Positions 46,845-64,000 of a DNA stretch of 64,000 bases are shown piece by piece. The notes beneath the pieces are model-generated. The model was not told where the DNA came from, did not search any database, and was given only the letters and a program-made list of their open reading frames with translations. This stretch comes from the human T2T-CHM13v2.0 reference genome, Homo sapiens: NCBI RefSeq assembly GCF_009914755.1, contig NC_060941.1; one strand, given 5' to 3'. The translations under genes and the position numbers were made by a program. Position 1 is the first letter of the stretch. Each line of letters starts with the position of its first letter.

Positions 46845-47555
46845 ATTTCTTTGGGAAGGTGACATTTGGCTTCCTGATTACGGGAGGGAGTTGGTTATCT
46901 CAGGTGGAGCAGGAAAGCCTGGTTGATTCTCACACCAGGATGGGACTGGGACTTCCCAGGATGGAGGGAGGAGGCCATTTCTACACCATACTTTGAGCTA
47001 CTGACAGCAAAACCCTCCCACCATACTGGGTGCATCTTGTTTACTCTTGACTAACATACACTTCTGATTTACAGCAGAAGCCTCAGAAGCTAATTCAGTT
47101 CTCCTTTGGCATGCCACTGGATAACAAGATAGTGAGGGGGCAGTGTGTACAAGCTGTGGACATGGGCATTTCCTCTCTGTTGCAGCAAGGCGGAGGAAAG
47201 CCCAGGGAGAGTAAAACGCTACAATCTTTCTAACAGCTTTGCCCTACACCACCATCTAAATGATTATGACCAAGTGGCGACATAGTATTTTATTTTCCTA
47301 GAATTATGTCCAGCTGTGAGAAAGCCAGGTTCAAATTTAAATCCTTTAATAACCTGTCCCAGAATTACTAACAATGAGACTTAAACAAATTTTGATTTGT
47401 GAAGAAAACATGAAAAAAGTCCAAAAGAAACCCCCTCAAAGGGCCCGAGTGTCAACAGTTCCCCTTTGGAGCAGCTCATCCATCTCTCAGGTGGGGGTCC
47501 TCCGGCAGGCAGCTTCCTCTGTGGCGCCAGGTGGGTCCAGAGTGGGCCCGCTCCT

Positions 47556-47725
47556 TTAGAAGTCAGGCAGGCCAGGCAGAGGGAAGAGAGAGGCGAAGCT
47601 CTCAACCTCCTCCCGGAGAGCCTGCACGGCCGCCTGGTACTTATCCCCTGCCAGTCTCTCCTTGAACTCTTTCAGGGTGGCTCTGACACCAGTGTCGCTC
47701 TGGATCTGCAGGGTCAGCTCTATCC
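47556..47725 (-). CDS. SHMT1: Cytosolic serine hydroxymethyltransferase, last coding exon (Leu474 allele at 47586-47588)
   Basis: [29 protein letters not shown]...[15 protein letters not shown]. Confidence 0.97.
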
Positions 47726-48083
47726 CTGTGCCACAAGACACAAATGAGTCACCCCACACTACACACCAAAGGGGGTACAATGGCTGGGGGCCGAGGCACA
47801 AATGTCAGAATGTCCCCCAGCTGGGGAGTGTGGCAGGGCACAAGGTCTCCATGCTTACCTCAATTACTCTGAGATGCACCCACCCTTGGACAGATGTCCT
47901 GGGCAGCCCAAATTTATAACCCTCTCAGACAAGGTGATTTACATGTGTTTTTTGCTGTCTCCCACCCCAACACTCAGCCTTGGTGCAGAATTGTCTTTCA
48001 GTGGCAGGGTCTCAGCTACTCATCACAATCAGAAACTAAATACACACAATAAGATGTGGCAACTTCCAAACTTTTATCCTTAC

Positions 48084-48194
48084 CTCTGTGAATAAAGTGG
48101 GCTACTTTTTGGAAGTCTTTTTCCAAAAGTCCACGGGACGTCAGTGCTGGGGTCCCCAGCCGCAGTCCACTGGGCCGCAGAGCGCTTCTGTCAC
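48084..48194 (-). CDS. SHMT1: SHMT1 exon (111 nt)
   Basis: [37 protein letters not shown]; AG/GT boundaries. Confidence 0.97.
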
Positions 48195-48659
48195 CTACAA
48201 GATAAACGGGGCTCTGTCCCTAAGTCACATTGTCACCACTGTGATGGTGGTGCATTTAAAAAGGGACATGTGGGCAAAAGAGAACTGGCCTGAGGATACT
48301 GGCTGTCCCTAGCAAGGAGTACAACTGATTCAGAAACTAAAGTAGAACCCAAGGCACAAGGAGGCACAACCACGTTTGGCCACTCTGACTTAATTACTAG
48401 TACACAAAGTGGTCTGATGTGCCCCTTGCTCCTAAAAATGAGGGTAACATCTGTCTGGGTCTGAGATGCGTCATCAATATTTTGTTAACAACCCACAGAG
48501 AAATGCAGCCTCTGGATTCCGGAGGCCCTGACCTCCCTCATCTGATGAATGTACCACCTCCAACAGCTCTACATCAGTCTTTTTGCTCCCTGGCAGGGTC
48601 AGGGCCAAGTACAAAGGCACAGCCAAGAGACAGCCAAGGTATGGTCCCTGCCCCCGCTC

Positions 48660-49332
<673 letters not shown>

Positions 49333-49360
49333 TGAAGGAGAAGGCAAGGATGATTCTCAC

Positions 49361-49477
49361 CTGGACAGGTGTTCTTGTTGCAGGCAATAGAACAGGCTTC
49401 TAGCACCTTCTCAGCCCTTCCACCATCTGTGCCTTTGGAACGGAGATCCACAAGGATCAAATGGTTGTCAGAACCAC
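49361..49477 (-). CDS. SHMT1: SHMT1 exon (117 nt)
   Basis: [40 protein letters not shown]; AG/GT boundaries. Confidence 0.97.
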
Positions 49478-50579
49478 CTGGAAACAAAGTTGGACATGTA
49501 GAAATGCAGGCGAATTCTATGCCGTGAAGGAATCTCTGAGAAACGAAGGCGAGGATGAAGGCAGTCAAAGCAGATGAGGTCAGGAAGGTGAGCACCCCCA
49601 CCACATGGCCTGGGATTCTAATCCCCACGAGAGATGCCCGTGCCTAAGAATGTGAAAGGAAGGACAGAGCACTTTTGAAAGGGGTAACTGATCATACAGC
49701 AGAGGGCCTGACACTCCCATGGGGAAGGGACAGCTTCCTCAGGCTGCTCCTGGCTTGTTTTCTCTGACAAGTTGCTTGGGCAATTCCCTAACATTGATGG
49801 TAAAGGCTCCCCTGAAGGCAGCATGAATATTGGGCAGCAGTTCAATTTACTTTGGGGGGTAAGGGGCATGTTCACAGAGCACATTAGGTGCCAGACACTG
49901 TAGCCTGTGGTAGGTTTTTCCCGGATCCTGTGAGGCTGATGGTATTATCAAAGTGGTAAGGTGACAACAGCAAGGCTAACAGAGTTTTCTGGACCTGGCC
50001 CGAGGTCATACAGGAGGATCCTTCCACTTTGAACCTTCATTAAGCTGGGGTAGTGCCTTGGGTGCTGACAGCACTGGGGCCTCTGCTTCTGAGCTGTGTT
50101 GCGGGGATCCCTTTCAAGATGCGGGTGAGCTAGGGCTCCAGCTTGGCTTTGCAGCCCCCCAGCTGTGCCCACCCACTTGCCGTGTGGCTTTAGGCAGGCA
50201 GCTCAACATTGTGAAACCTCAGATGCCCATTTGTAACAAAAAGACCAATAATTCACAGGGCTGTCATGAAGTTTAAGTAAGATACTGGACATAGTGCTTC
50301 TCATAGCACCAGGCACCAAAGAGGGCATTTGCAAGCATTATCTGTCTCAGCCATGTGCATCGGGTCCTCAGATGGCAGAGTGACAATGACACAGTCACCA
50401 GGGAGAGGGCAGGCCCATGCCATGAGATGCCCATGGTGACAGGGACTATGGCCTAAACCCTCACAACTCCAAGGGTGGCTCCCAGACCAGCATCACCCAA
50501 GGCCTGGTCAGAATCTGCATTGCACCAACAGCCCCAGGGGTGGTGTGCACATTGAAGTTTAAGAAACAGGGACCTAAAG

Positions 50580-50957
50580 CAGTGGTCCCCAACCTTTTTG
50601 GCACCAGGAACTGGTTATGTGGAAGACAGTTTTTTCACGGATGGCATCGGGGGATGGTTTTGGGATGAAACTTCCACCTCAGATCATCGGGCATTAGATT
50701 CTCATAAGGATGCAGGTATAATCAGAAGGAAAAAAAAGATAGTTTCTTGAAAGTGTCTAGGCCCAACCTAGATCCCTCACATGTGCAGTTCAAACCAGCG
50801 TTCAGCTCCTCTGAGAATCTAATGCTGCCACTGATCTGACAGGAGGCGGAGCTCAGGTGGCAATGCTCTCGGCCCAGCTCACTTCCTGCTGTGCGGCCAG
50901 GTTCCTAACAGACCACAAACCAGTACTAGTCCGTGGCCCGGAGGTTGGGGACTCCTG
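50580..50957 (+). mobile_element. MER1B-type hAT-Charlie MITE
   Basis: TIRs CAGTGGTCCCCAACCT / AGGTTGGGGACTCCTG; 8-bp TSD acctaaag/agctaaag. Confidence 0.85.
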
Positions 50958-51971
50958 AGCTAAAGCACCCTGAAGTTCACAGTCTGCACGAGGACTTCTT
51001 GAGCTTTATTATTTGAAGACATGGAGGATGAAGGGAGAACAGAAAGTAAGTGAAGTAGAACATAAAAGAGGGTACGGCTGGTACTGCTGAGGAGACAGCA
51101 CTGGCCCGGCCTTCCCAGGCACTGCCGCACATGCAGGATTGGGTGGGAGCCCCACTCCTTAGACCAGGAGGCCTGTAATCCCTCCCCAATCCTTAGATCA
51201 GAGGGCCTGTAATCCCTGTAAAGGGCAAAGGACACGGTGCAGAGAGTGGGCACTCAGGTCTACACACAGCAGGACCCATATTCCTGGACCACACCACTGC
51301 TAGCACAATCGGCAGTCTTGTGGGACTAGGTATAAAGTCGCCCTTCCTCCGGAGGACTGAGTATGCTGCCTGCCAAAAAAATGCGTTCTCCGTGGAAAGC
51401 TGCAGTGACTGTGAGGTGGATGGCACCCCAGAGTGGGGCCCTGACCTGGGAAGTCCATCTCATTCACAGCCCATCAGCTCCAGAATGTACAGATCCAAGC
51501 AAACATGCCTAAAGCAAGCCAACTCCCCAGGAATATGCAGGAAACTGGGAGGGGAGAGCCCCTGCACCCCCAGCTCAGCGGGGTGAGAGAAGACACTCCC
51601 CTGGCACAGTGCAAGGCATCACCACACAGTCCTGGTGCCACCTACCAGGTGTGTGACCACTACAGCCCAACCTCTCAGTTGAGCCTCAGGTCATCCTCCT
51701 GCAAAGCTGTTCTGAGGACAAGCAGTCCTTATGCTGGTGACCAATGGCAACCACTATTCCCATCATCTGTGGCTCACCCAAGGGGGCGGCTGGCTGGTCT
51801 GAGGCAGGGGGAGGCTTTCCAGTTGGAGGCGAGGCTGACCTCCTCCCAAGGTGGGCCCATCATTGCAGCTGCAGCAGCAGAGCCTGGGCCACATCCTGGT
51901 TGCACAAACTGAGAAGCAAGCCTTAATACAACCACAAGAACAGGCCTGCTGAACACCATCTGTGTCTCTAC

Positions 51972-52094
51972 CTGTGACTATTTTGTAGCCCAGCTCCGTC
52001 AGGGCCTCAGACAGAGCCCTGCAGTTGGCCACCACCTGGTGTTGATAAACTTTAAATTCCAGAGTCATAGCTTGCTTCAGTGCCACAGCAACCC
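51972..52094 (-). CDS. SHMT1: SHMT1 exon (123 nt)
   Basis: [41 protein letters not shown]; AG/GT boundaries. Confidence 0.97.
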
Positions 52095-52274
52095 CTGGAC
52101 AAGAAGAGACAATGGGTCAGGAGGCTAGGATAGAATCATACACAGATGATGAGTCAAACAACATTCCTGTTTTTACTCAAGCTTCCTTGCTTTTCAATGT
52201 CACCCCTTGCTTTTGCGTTGGATTATCTTTTCCTCCAAAATGATATATTTTTAAAAATTTTTTATTATTTATTA

Positions 52275-53222
<948 letters not shown>

Positions 53223-54364
53223 TGAGGTAACCTTTCCCTAAGCATGGAAGTTCTGTGCTAACATTACCATACCAAAGCTGTTAAGCAAGATGGATTTTAC
53301 ATCCTTTTTAATCTTGATGTGTGAAAACGATTACTTAGCAGGCCTAAGAGCCGATGCTCTGATGCCAGATTATGCAGCTCTCTAAGGTCAGAGCGCAGGT
53401 AGGAGGTGCAGCCTTCGTCCTACCCTGCACCATTCAGACTTATCTGGTATCTCACATTCAATCCTGAGGGCTGCTTCAAGGGACACAGAGAATGGAGGAT
53501 AAGGAGAACCCACGGGCCTGCATCCCGCACAGAGCCTCCAATCAATACTTGTGAAAACAACTGGAAAGGGCGTCCAGAGCAGCTGGGGATGGGGTGATCC
53601 CTGCATCCCAGAGTTAAAGCAGCTGTGGGTGCCAAGTGTGTAGGTGTGATGGGAGAACATGAGAACACACCCGGGACCCCAGCTCCTTCCACCCCTTATG
53701 CCTAATATCTCCCAATCGCTGCTGTCCCCAGGTTCCTCTCTAGAAGTGCTTGTGCGTCTCCTGAGAAGCTACACCTTCATCCTGAGCCCCTTAGCGGGAA
53801 TGAGTGCTACCAATGTCCTTGTTCCATGAAGGCAGCGGGATAACTCTTGAGTCATCACAAATGTCCTAAGCTACTTGTACAAAGAGACAAAGAGCAAGTC
53901 AATGAGAACCTGCTGGGCAGGCATGGAATCTGACTCAGGAGTCACTGGCGTGGCACTGGTGCAGGGTGTGAGGATCAGACACAGGGTCCTCCACTGCCAC
54001 AGGCCAGGCCCATCAAGGGCAAGGGGACTCATCCTGCAGGGTCTGGACCCCAATCTCTCTCACCTGTGCTTTGCCCTCTCCTAACTGTCAGATTCCTTCC
54101 CTAAGAGGGTGCCATGTACTTTACAAAACTCGGCCTGACCCACAGGTTTGCCTCTGGGTGGCCGTACACGTGGAGTGGATGCCATTCCCTACTGTCCCTA
54201 CCTTAGGCCAGTCTCAACCATGCCCTACTCTGTGTTAGCATCTCCTGCACAGAGACAGCCCTCCAGCTTTTTCCCCAGCGTGGAAGTCCTGGCACACGAT
54301 TTTGGAGGACAGGTGGGATGGGAATTAGGGGCTACAGGATGAGCAGAGGCAGATGATGTTTTAC

Positions 54365-54481
54365 CAGCAATGGCGTGGTTGTGGGGACCTCCCTGCAGGC
54401 CAGGGAACACAGCAGAATTGATAAGAGACTCCAGGTTGTACAGAATCTCTTTGCCAGTCTTGGGATCCACACTTTTCACTC
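54365..54481 (-). CDS. SHMT1: SHMT1 exon (117 nt)
   Basis: [39 protein letters not shown]; AG/GT boundaries. Confidence 0.97.
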
Positions 54482-54795
54482 CTAGAGGAAGAAAAACATC
54501 ACAGTGGGATCATAGGGGCTGTCCCCTCTTTTTCTTTTTAGGCTCAAACCCAGACTGGCCAGGGAAGAATCAAGCACAAGCCTGGCCTTTATCCTGGCAT
54601 GGAGAACTGATTTGTAACACAGCGGAGCAGAGGGGACCCTTGCCTCCTGAGGGCAGACCAGTATCTTTATTTTTTGGAAACCAACACATCATGGATGACT
54701 CTGGCTGGAATACTGGTTTCAGCACCTCACCTGTCCACCTGCCTCCTCTGATGGCATCTCTTCTTAACACAACTAGAACAAGGCCTTAAAAATGA

Positions 54796-55765
<970 letters not shown>

Positions 55766-56341
55766 AAAGAGTCTCCAAGATGCATTGAAAGAGACAACGC
55801 TCATGTGGCTAATATGAAGAATAAGGTTCCTTTCTGAGAAAAAGTTAACCATCAATAATAGCTACTATTCAGTCATAATCGGTAACATCTATCTAGAGCT
55901 TCTAGTGAGCCAAGAACTGCTCTAATCACTTTACATAAATTCATTTAATCCTCAAAACAGCAGTCCAAAGGGACAGGTACTATTATTATAGTCCCCACTC
56001 TAGAGGTGAGGAAATGAGGAACAGAGAGGCTGCACAGCTAGCCCTAAAGTCATACAGCGGGTGTGCGGCAGAGCTAGTACTTGCTCTGATAGGCTGGCTC
56101 CGGAGTCCCTCAGCACTGGGTGAAATAAATCACATCAACACACAGTGGGGGAAAAAACCAAATGTCTCCTGGGCGGGTGGGAATGGCTACCTGCCTCAGA
56201 AACATCAGCACAGCTAAAAACGGTCCTTGGAGGAGCACAGAGGCAACGGGGTGCTGAGAAGCTGAGGGGGCATGTGGCTGTGTCTAGTCCCAGCCAGGGG
56301 CTGGGCAAGAAGACCCTGCCTCGGGTAAGAGTAATGTAGTC

Positions 56342-57853
56342 GAACAGCCCTCTCCCTCTCCCTCCCCCTCCCCCTCCCTCTCCCCACGGTCTCCCTCTCC
56401 CTTTCCACGGTCTCCCTCTGATGCCGAGCCGAAGCTGGACTGTACTGCCGCCATCTCGGCTCACTGCAACCTCCCTGCCTGATTCTCCTGCCTCAGCCTG
56501 CCGAGTGCCTGGGATTGCAGGCACGTGCCGCCACGCCTGACTGGTTTTCGTATTTTTTTGGTGGAGACGGGGTTTTGCTGTGTTGGCCGGGCTGGTCTCC
56601 AGCTCCTAACCGCGAGTCATCTGCCAGCCTCGGCCTCCCGAGGTGCCGGGATTGCAGACGGAGTCTCGTTCACTCAGTGCTCAATGTTGCCCAGGCTGGA
56701 GTGCAGTGGTGTGATCTCGGCTCGCTACAACCTCCACCTCCCAGCCGCCTGCCTTGGCCTCCCAAAGTGCCGAGATTGCAGCCTCTGCCTGGCCGCCACC
56801 CCGTCTGGGAAGTGAGGAGCGTCTCTGCCTGGCCGCTCATCATCTGGGATGTGAGGAGCCCCTCTGCCTGGCTGCCCAGTCTGGGAAGTGAGGAGCGCCT
56901 CTTCCCGGCCGCCATCCCGTCTAGGAAGTGAGGAGCGTCTCTGCCCGGCCGCCCATCATCTGAGATGTGGGGAGCGCCTCTGCCCCGCCGCCCCGTCTGG
57001 GATGTGAGGAGCACCTCTGCCCGGCTGCAACCCCGTCTGGGAGGTGAGGAGGGTCTCTGCCCGGCTGCCCCATCTGAGAAGTGAGGAGCCCCTCCGCCTG
57101 GCAGTCGCCCCGTCTGGGAAGTGAGGAGCATCTCTGCCCGGCAGCTGCCCTGTCCGGCAGGTTGGGGGCAGCCCCCGCCCAGCCAGCCGCCCCGTCCGGG
57201 AGGGAGGTGGGGGGCAGCCCCCGCCTGGCCGTCACCCCTTCCAGGAGGTGGGGGGGCGCCTCTGCCCGGCCGCCCCTTCTGGGAAGTGAGGAGCCCCTCT
57301 GCCCGGCCGCCCCTTCTGGGAAGTGAGGAGCCCCTCTGCCCAGCCGCCACCCCGTCTGGGAGGTGTACCCAACAGCTCATTGAGAACAGGCCATGATGAC
57401 GATGGCGGTTTTGTCGAATAGAAAAGGGGGAAATGTGGGGAAAAGATAGAGAAATCAGATTGTTGCTGTGTCTGTGTAGAAAGAAGTAGACATAGGAGAT
57501 TCCATTTTGTTCTGTACTAAGAAAAATTCTTCTGTTAATCTATAACCTTACCCCCAACCCCGTGCTCTCTGAAACATGTGCTGTGTCCACTCAGGGTTAA
57601 ATGGATTAAGGGTGGTGCAAGATGTGCTTTGTTAAACAGATGCTTGAAGGCGGCATGCTCATTAAGAGTCATCACCACTCCCTAATCTCAAGTACCCAGG
57701 GACACAAACACTGCGGAAAGCCGCAGGGTCCTCTGCCTAGGAAAACCAGAGACCCTTGTTCACTTGTTTATCTGCTGACCTTCCCTCCACTATTGTCCTA
57801 TGACCCTGCCAAATCCCCCTCCACGAGAAACACCCAAGAATGATCAATAAATA

Positions 57854-57882
<29 letters not shown>
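56342..57882 (+). mobile_element. SVA retrotransposon (older, SVA_B/C-like) in an SHMT1 intron, antisense to the gene
   Basis: (CCCTCT)n, Alu-like region, VNTR, SINE-R, AATAAA and poly(A). Perfect 15-bp TSD aagagtaatgtagtc (56327-56341 / 57883-57897). Confidence 0.96.
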
Positions 57883-57887
<5 letters not shown>

Positions 57888-58278
57888 TAATGTAGTCACC
57901 AGAGGGCTGGTGTCTCTGCTGATGCAAAGTTGGCGCATCAGGTCTCACCACAGGCTAAATGATGACCTGACCACTAACAGGCTTTCCCAGGTATGGGAAT
58001 TCGAAAATAAGGGGAGTGCCTAGGGGTAGGTTATGAGGTAATGGAAAGAAAAACCTTCACTAAAATGATATTAATGTTTATACATCCATGTCTTCTAGTT
58101 TGACTACTATGAGTCTTTCTCTTTGAGAAACATGATGGATCACTGTAAGTTCACCAGAATAATGCAGCCTTGTGAGGCCTCCCAGTGGCCCCCAGCCAGC
58201 CATGCACCCTCCTTTCATTCAAACACCTGCCTCTCGAGTTCAGCAACCGGCGCCATCCTAACACATAGTGGTTGCTGA

Positions 58279-58545
<267 letters not shown>

Positions 58546-58847
58546 TAGTAGAGACGGGGTTTCACCGTGTTAGCCAGGATGGTCTTGATCTCCTGACCTC
58601 GTGATCTGCCCGCTTCGGCCTCCCAAAGTGCTGGGATTACAGGCGCGAGCCACCTCACCTGGCCGGGAATCCTTTCTGTAAAGCCTGTCACTGCTCCTTC
58701 CTAAGCAGCTCTTTAAGGGACTGGGATCTTAATATTTTCCAAGGATCCCAGGTCAGAGTTTTTCCCAGCTCCCTCAACTGAATCTGAACCCCCACAGGAG
58801 AAATGTAAACCATGGTACCCATCTGTACCCAACATTCGGGAGCTCAC

Positions 58848-59060
58848 CTTTCCTGTAGAAGATCATGCCAGCTCGGCAGCCTCGCAGGGTCTTGTGAGTG
58901 GTGGTGGTCACCACATGGCAGTGTTCAAATGGGGAGGGCACCACGCCAGCCGCCACCAGCCCGCTGATGTGAGCCATGTCCGCCATGAGATACGCCCCGT
59001 TCTCATCTGCAATCTTCCGTAGCCGGGCATATTCCAGGTTTCGGGAGTAGCAGCTGGTTC
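58848..59060 (-). CDS. SHMT1: SHMT1 exon (213 nt), PLP-binding Lys257 (codon 58891-58893)
   Basis: [11 protein letters not shown] and [15 protein letters not shown] signatures; AG/GT boundaries. Confidence 0.98.
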
Positions 59061-59536
59061 CTGAGACAGGAAAGGTGACACAGCTGCATCAGAGATGTCC
59101 ACCGGCCAGCTGAGTTGGCTTCACAGTGGCCTCTAGATGTGCAGATCTGAAAGCCCAGAGATTTCTTCCCTTAAAGTCTCAGAGCAAAAATGGAGAATGC
59201 CCTCAAAAAGCACCTCTGTGCTAAAGGCAACCACTCTAACTCTTCAACGTCTTGGTGGTTGAGATGGCCCCAACTACTATTGCCAGCGCAGTCAGGGCCT
59301 GACATTTCTAGATGCTTCTCTGAGAACAGTCTCACATCTTAATCTACATAGCACAAAAAGCAGCAAACACACATCTGTATCCTGAAAGAAACTAATATAT
59401 GTAGACCCCAGAAACTCAGTTATCCAGGGCAGAAACTAGCAGTGGGCTCAACAGGGTGCGAACATCTTTCCATCCTCATTCTGTAAGAGGCACCAGGCTA
59501 CTGGTGAACAAGGTGACTTTCCGCCCCGCGCATCAC

Positions 59537-59618
59537 CTGCGATGATCAGCTTCGGGTGGAAGAGGCGTGCGTTCTCCTCCAGCTGGTCATAGTTGATGTA
59601 GCCAGTATCTGGGTTCAC
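59537..59618 (-). CDS. SHMT1: SHMT1 exon (82 nt); upstream exons lie off the right edge
   Basis: [28 protein letters not shown]; AG/GT boundaries. Confidence 0.97.
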
Positions 59619-59691
59619 CTGTGGAATGTCAGGGAGGCAGGTTCAGGCTGCTTCCTCCAACCACACCTGCCTCCTGTCCTCCCACTTGAAC
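59619..59691 (-). ncRNA. MIR6778: 5'-tailed mirtron pre-miR-6778 ending at an SHMT1 splice acceptor
   Basis: Minus strand AGUGGGAGGACAGGAGGCAGGU (59686-59665) pairs with UGCCUCCCUGACAUUCCACAG (59639-59619), whose 3' end is the intron AG. Matches my recollection of hsa-mir-6778. Confidence 0.85.
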
Positions 59692-59959
59692 TGGCTCCAC
59701 CCACCATGACAAGAGGAATGATGTCCTAGATGAGGACTTGAGGGTGAGACAGGATGGATACTGGTGTGTTCAGCCTGCTCAACCAAGTATGGCTCACAGA
59801 CCCAGGAGTCCCTGAGGAGTCCCAGGGTTGTAGTGAGCCCTGCTGCTGGGGCACTACCTGCTGAGAAGGAACCAAAAAGCACCTGCAGAATGAAACAAAT
59901 GTGACGGGACCACACAATGGAAACCAAAATGGTTACCTTCAGGAACAAGACCAAAATGC

Positions 59960-62952
<2,993 letters not shown>

Positions 62953-63190
62953 TCACTCTTTCCAAATAAAAAAAGGCAGTTATAATCCAACCCAACTATA
63001 GAAGCTTGCCACAAGGTTTCGGGAACCAAGACCTCATCTAGAAAGTCAAGCTGAAAGATGATTTGTGGTTTTGTTTGCTGTGTTTTGCTTCAGGGGTGTG
63101 GTTCTTTCTCAGTCACCTGAATTTGGCAAAGAAACCGTTTTATGAAATGAAATATCAACAGCTGACCTCCAGTAAAAATGGACGTAATTC

Positions 63191-63335
63191 ACCGGGCATG
63201 GTGGCTCACGCCTGTAATCCCAGCTCTTAGGGAGACAGAGGCAGTAGGATAGCTTGAGTCCAGGAGTTTGAGACCCGCCTGGGCAACATAGTGAGATCTT
63301 GTTCTCCACAAAAAGGAAAAAAAAAAAGATTTAAA
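63191..63335 (+). pseudogene. BC200 (BCYRN1) retrocopy in an SHMT1 intron
   Basis: Monomeric Alu with BC200-diagnostic cagctc.agggag, ggatagcttgag and gttctcca.aaaaaggaaaaaaaaaaa; 17-bp TSD at 63174-63190 / 63336-63352. Confidence 0.82.
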
Positions 63336-64000
63336 AAAAATGGACATAATTCTAAAATTTTTTGTGTAGCCACAATTACCGGAAAAAAAAAAAAAAAAAA
63401 AAAAGCCTGTGCTGCTTTCTCCCTTTTTAATTTAATGGGTTTTTCAAAGGTTTTTCTTTTCTTTTTTTAATCTTGAAAATGAGACAAGAGAACAACTCCT
63501 AGAAGAATTCATAGGCATTTATAATAAACTGCAGATGGGGTCCACAGTGCACAGAGGATAAGGAAGGAGACCCCAGCAGTCACTTAGGACCAGGGACAGG
63601 GAGGAATTCTCGAGTCACAGTGGGGATGGGCCAAAAACACAAAATAGAAGGTTAATGTTGCTGTTGCTCTAGCCTGGCCCTGCGTGGGGCTCTTGCAGTG
63701 GAGTGGGGCAGGGGCTGAAGGTGGAGGCAGGCGGTCTGGTGAAGGCTGGGCAGGGCAGTGGCCCTGGGACACCCCCTAACCTCCAACTCTGCAGCCCGGT
63801 GGGGTGGAGGTGAGCTGCCTCTGGCTGCTGATGAATGCCAATAAGGTCTGTCTCCTCCTCCTGTCCGCCAAGGGCAGGACTCAAATCACCCCCACAGCGG
63901 GTGAGCTGCACCTCCTGCTGCCCAAGCTGGCCAGGGTCCCAGGCCCCACCTCTCCATGCCCATCCTGAGGTGGGTCCCCTCACTGCACCCACAGGACTGC

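Noticed and set aside
47586-47588. SHMT1 codon 474 (site of the known L474F polymorphism)
   Set aside because: The sequence carries the common Leu (CTC) allele; nothing new.
56670-57380. 236-aa repetitive ORF, and similar ORFs at 16521-17319
   Set aside because: Open frames in the GC-rich SVA VNTR.

Overview
Primate, almost certainly human, genomic DNA from the 17p11.2 Smith-Magenis region. It holds three tightly packed genes. TOP3A (minus strand) has coding exons 1-16 in the window, with its 3' end running off the left edge. SMCR8 (plus strand) is complete: two coding exons, 937 aa and a ~5 kb 3' UTR. SHMT1 (minus strand) has its last seven coding exons here, with its 5' part off the right edge. 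TOP3A and SMCR8 share a CpG-island bidirectional promoter, and SMCR8 and SHMT1 appear to overlap tail-to-tail. The introns carry about 60 Alu pieces, two near full-length SVAs, a solo HERV-K(HML-2) LTR5, a MER21 LTR, MER1B/MER3/MER5 fossils, old L1 fragments, tandem RPL7A and RPL21 processed pseudogenes, a BC200 retrocopy and the tailed mirtron MIR6778. All exon boundaries were read directly as GT-AG, and gene identities rest on recalled protein sequences. This is a well-annotated locus and I found no new multi-gene system. The best leads are regulatory: a uORF ending 2 nt before the mitochondrial TOP3A start, a perfect TISU element driving a 5-codon uORF in SMCR8, an in-frame stop-free 99-nt TOP3A intron that folds like a mirtron, and a poly(A)-site-dependent SMCR8/SHMT1 antisense overlap. 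Repeat boundaries are approximate unless a TSD is quoted.
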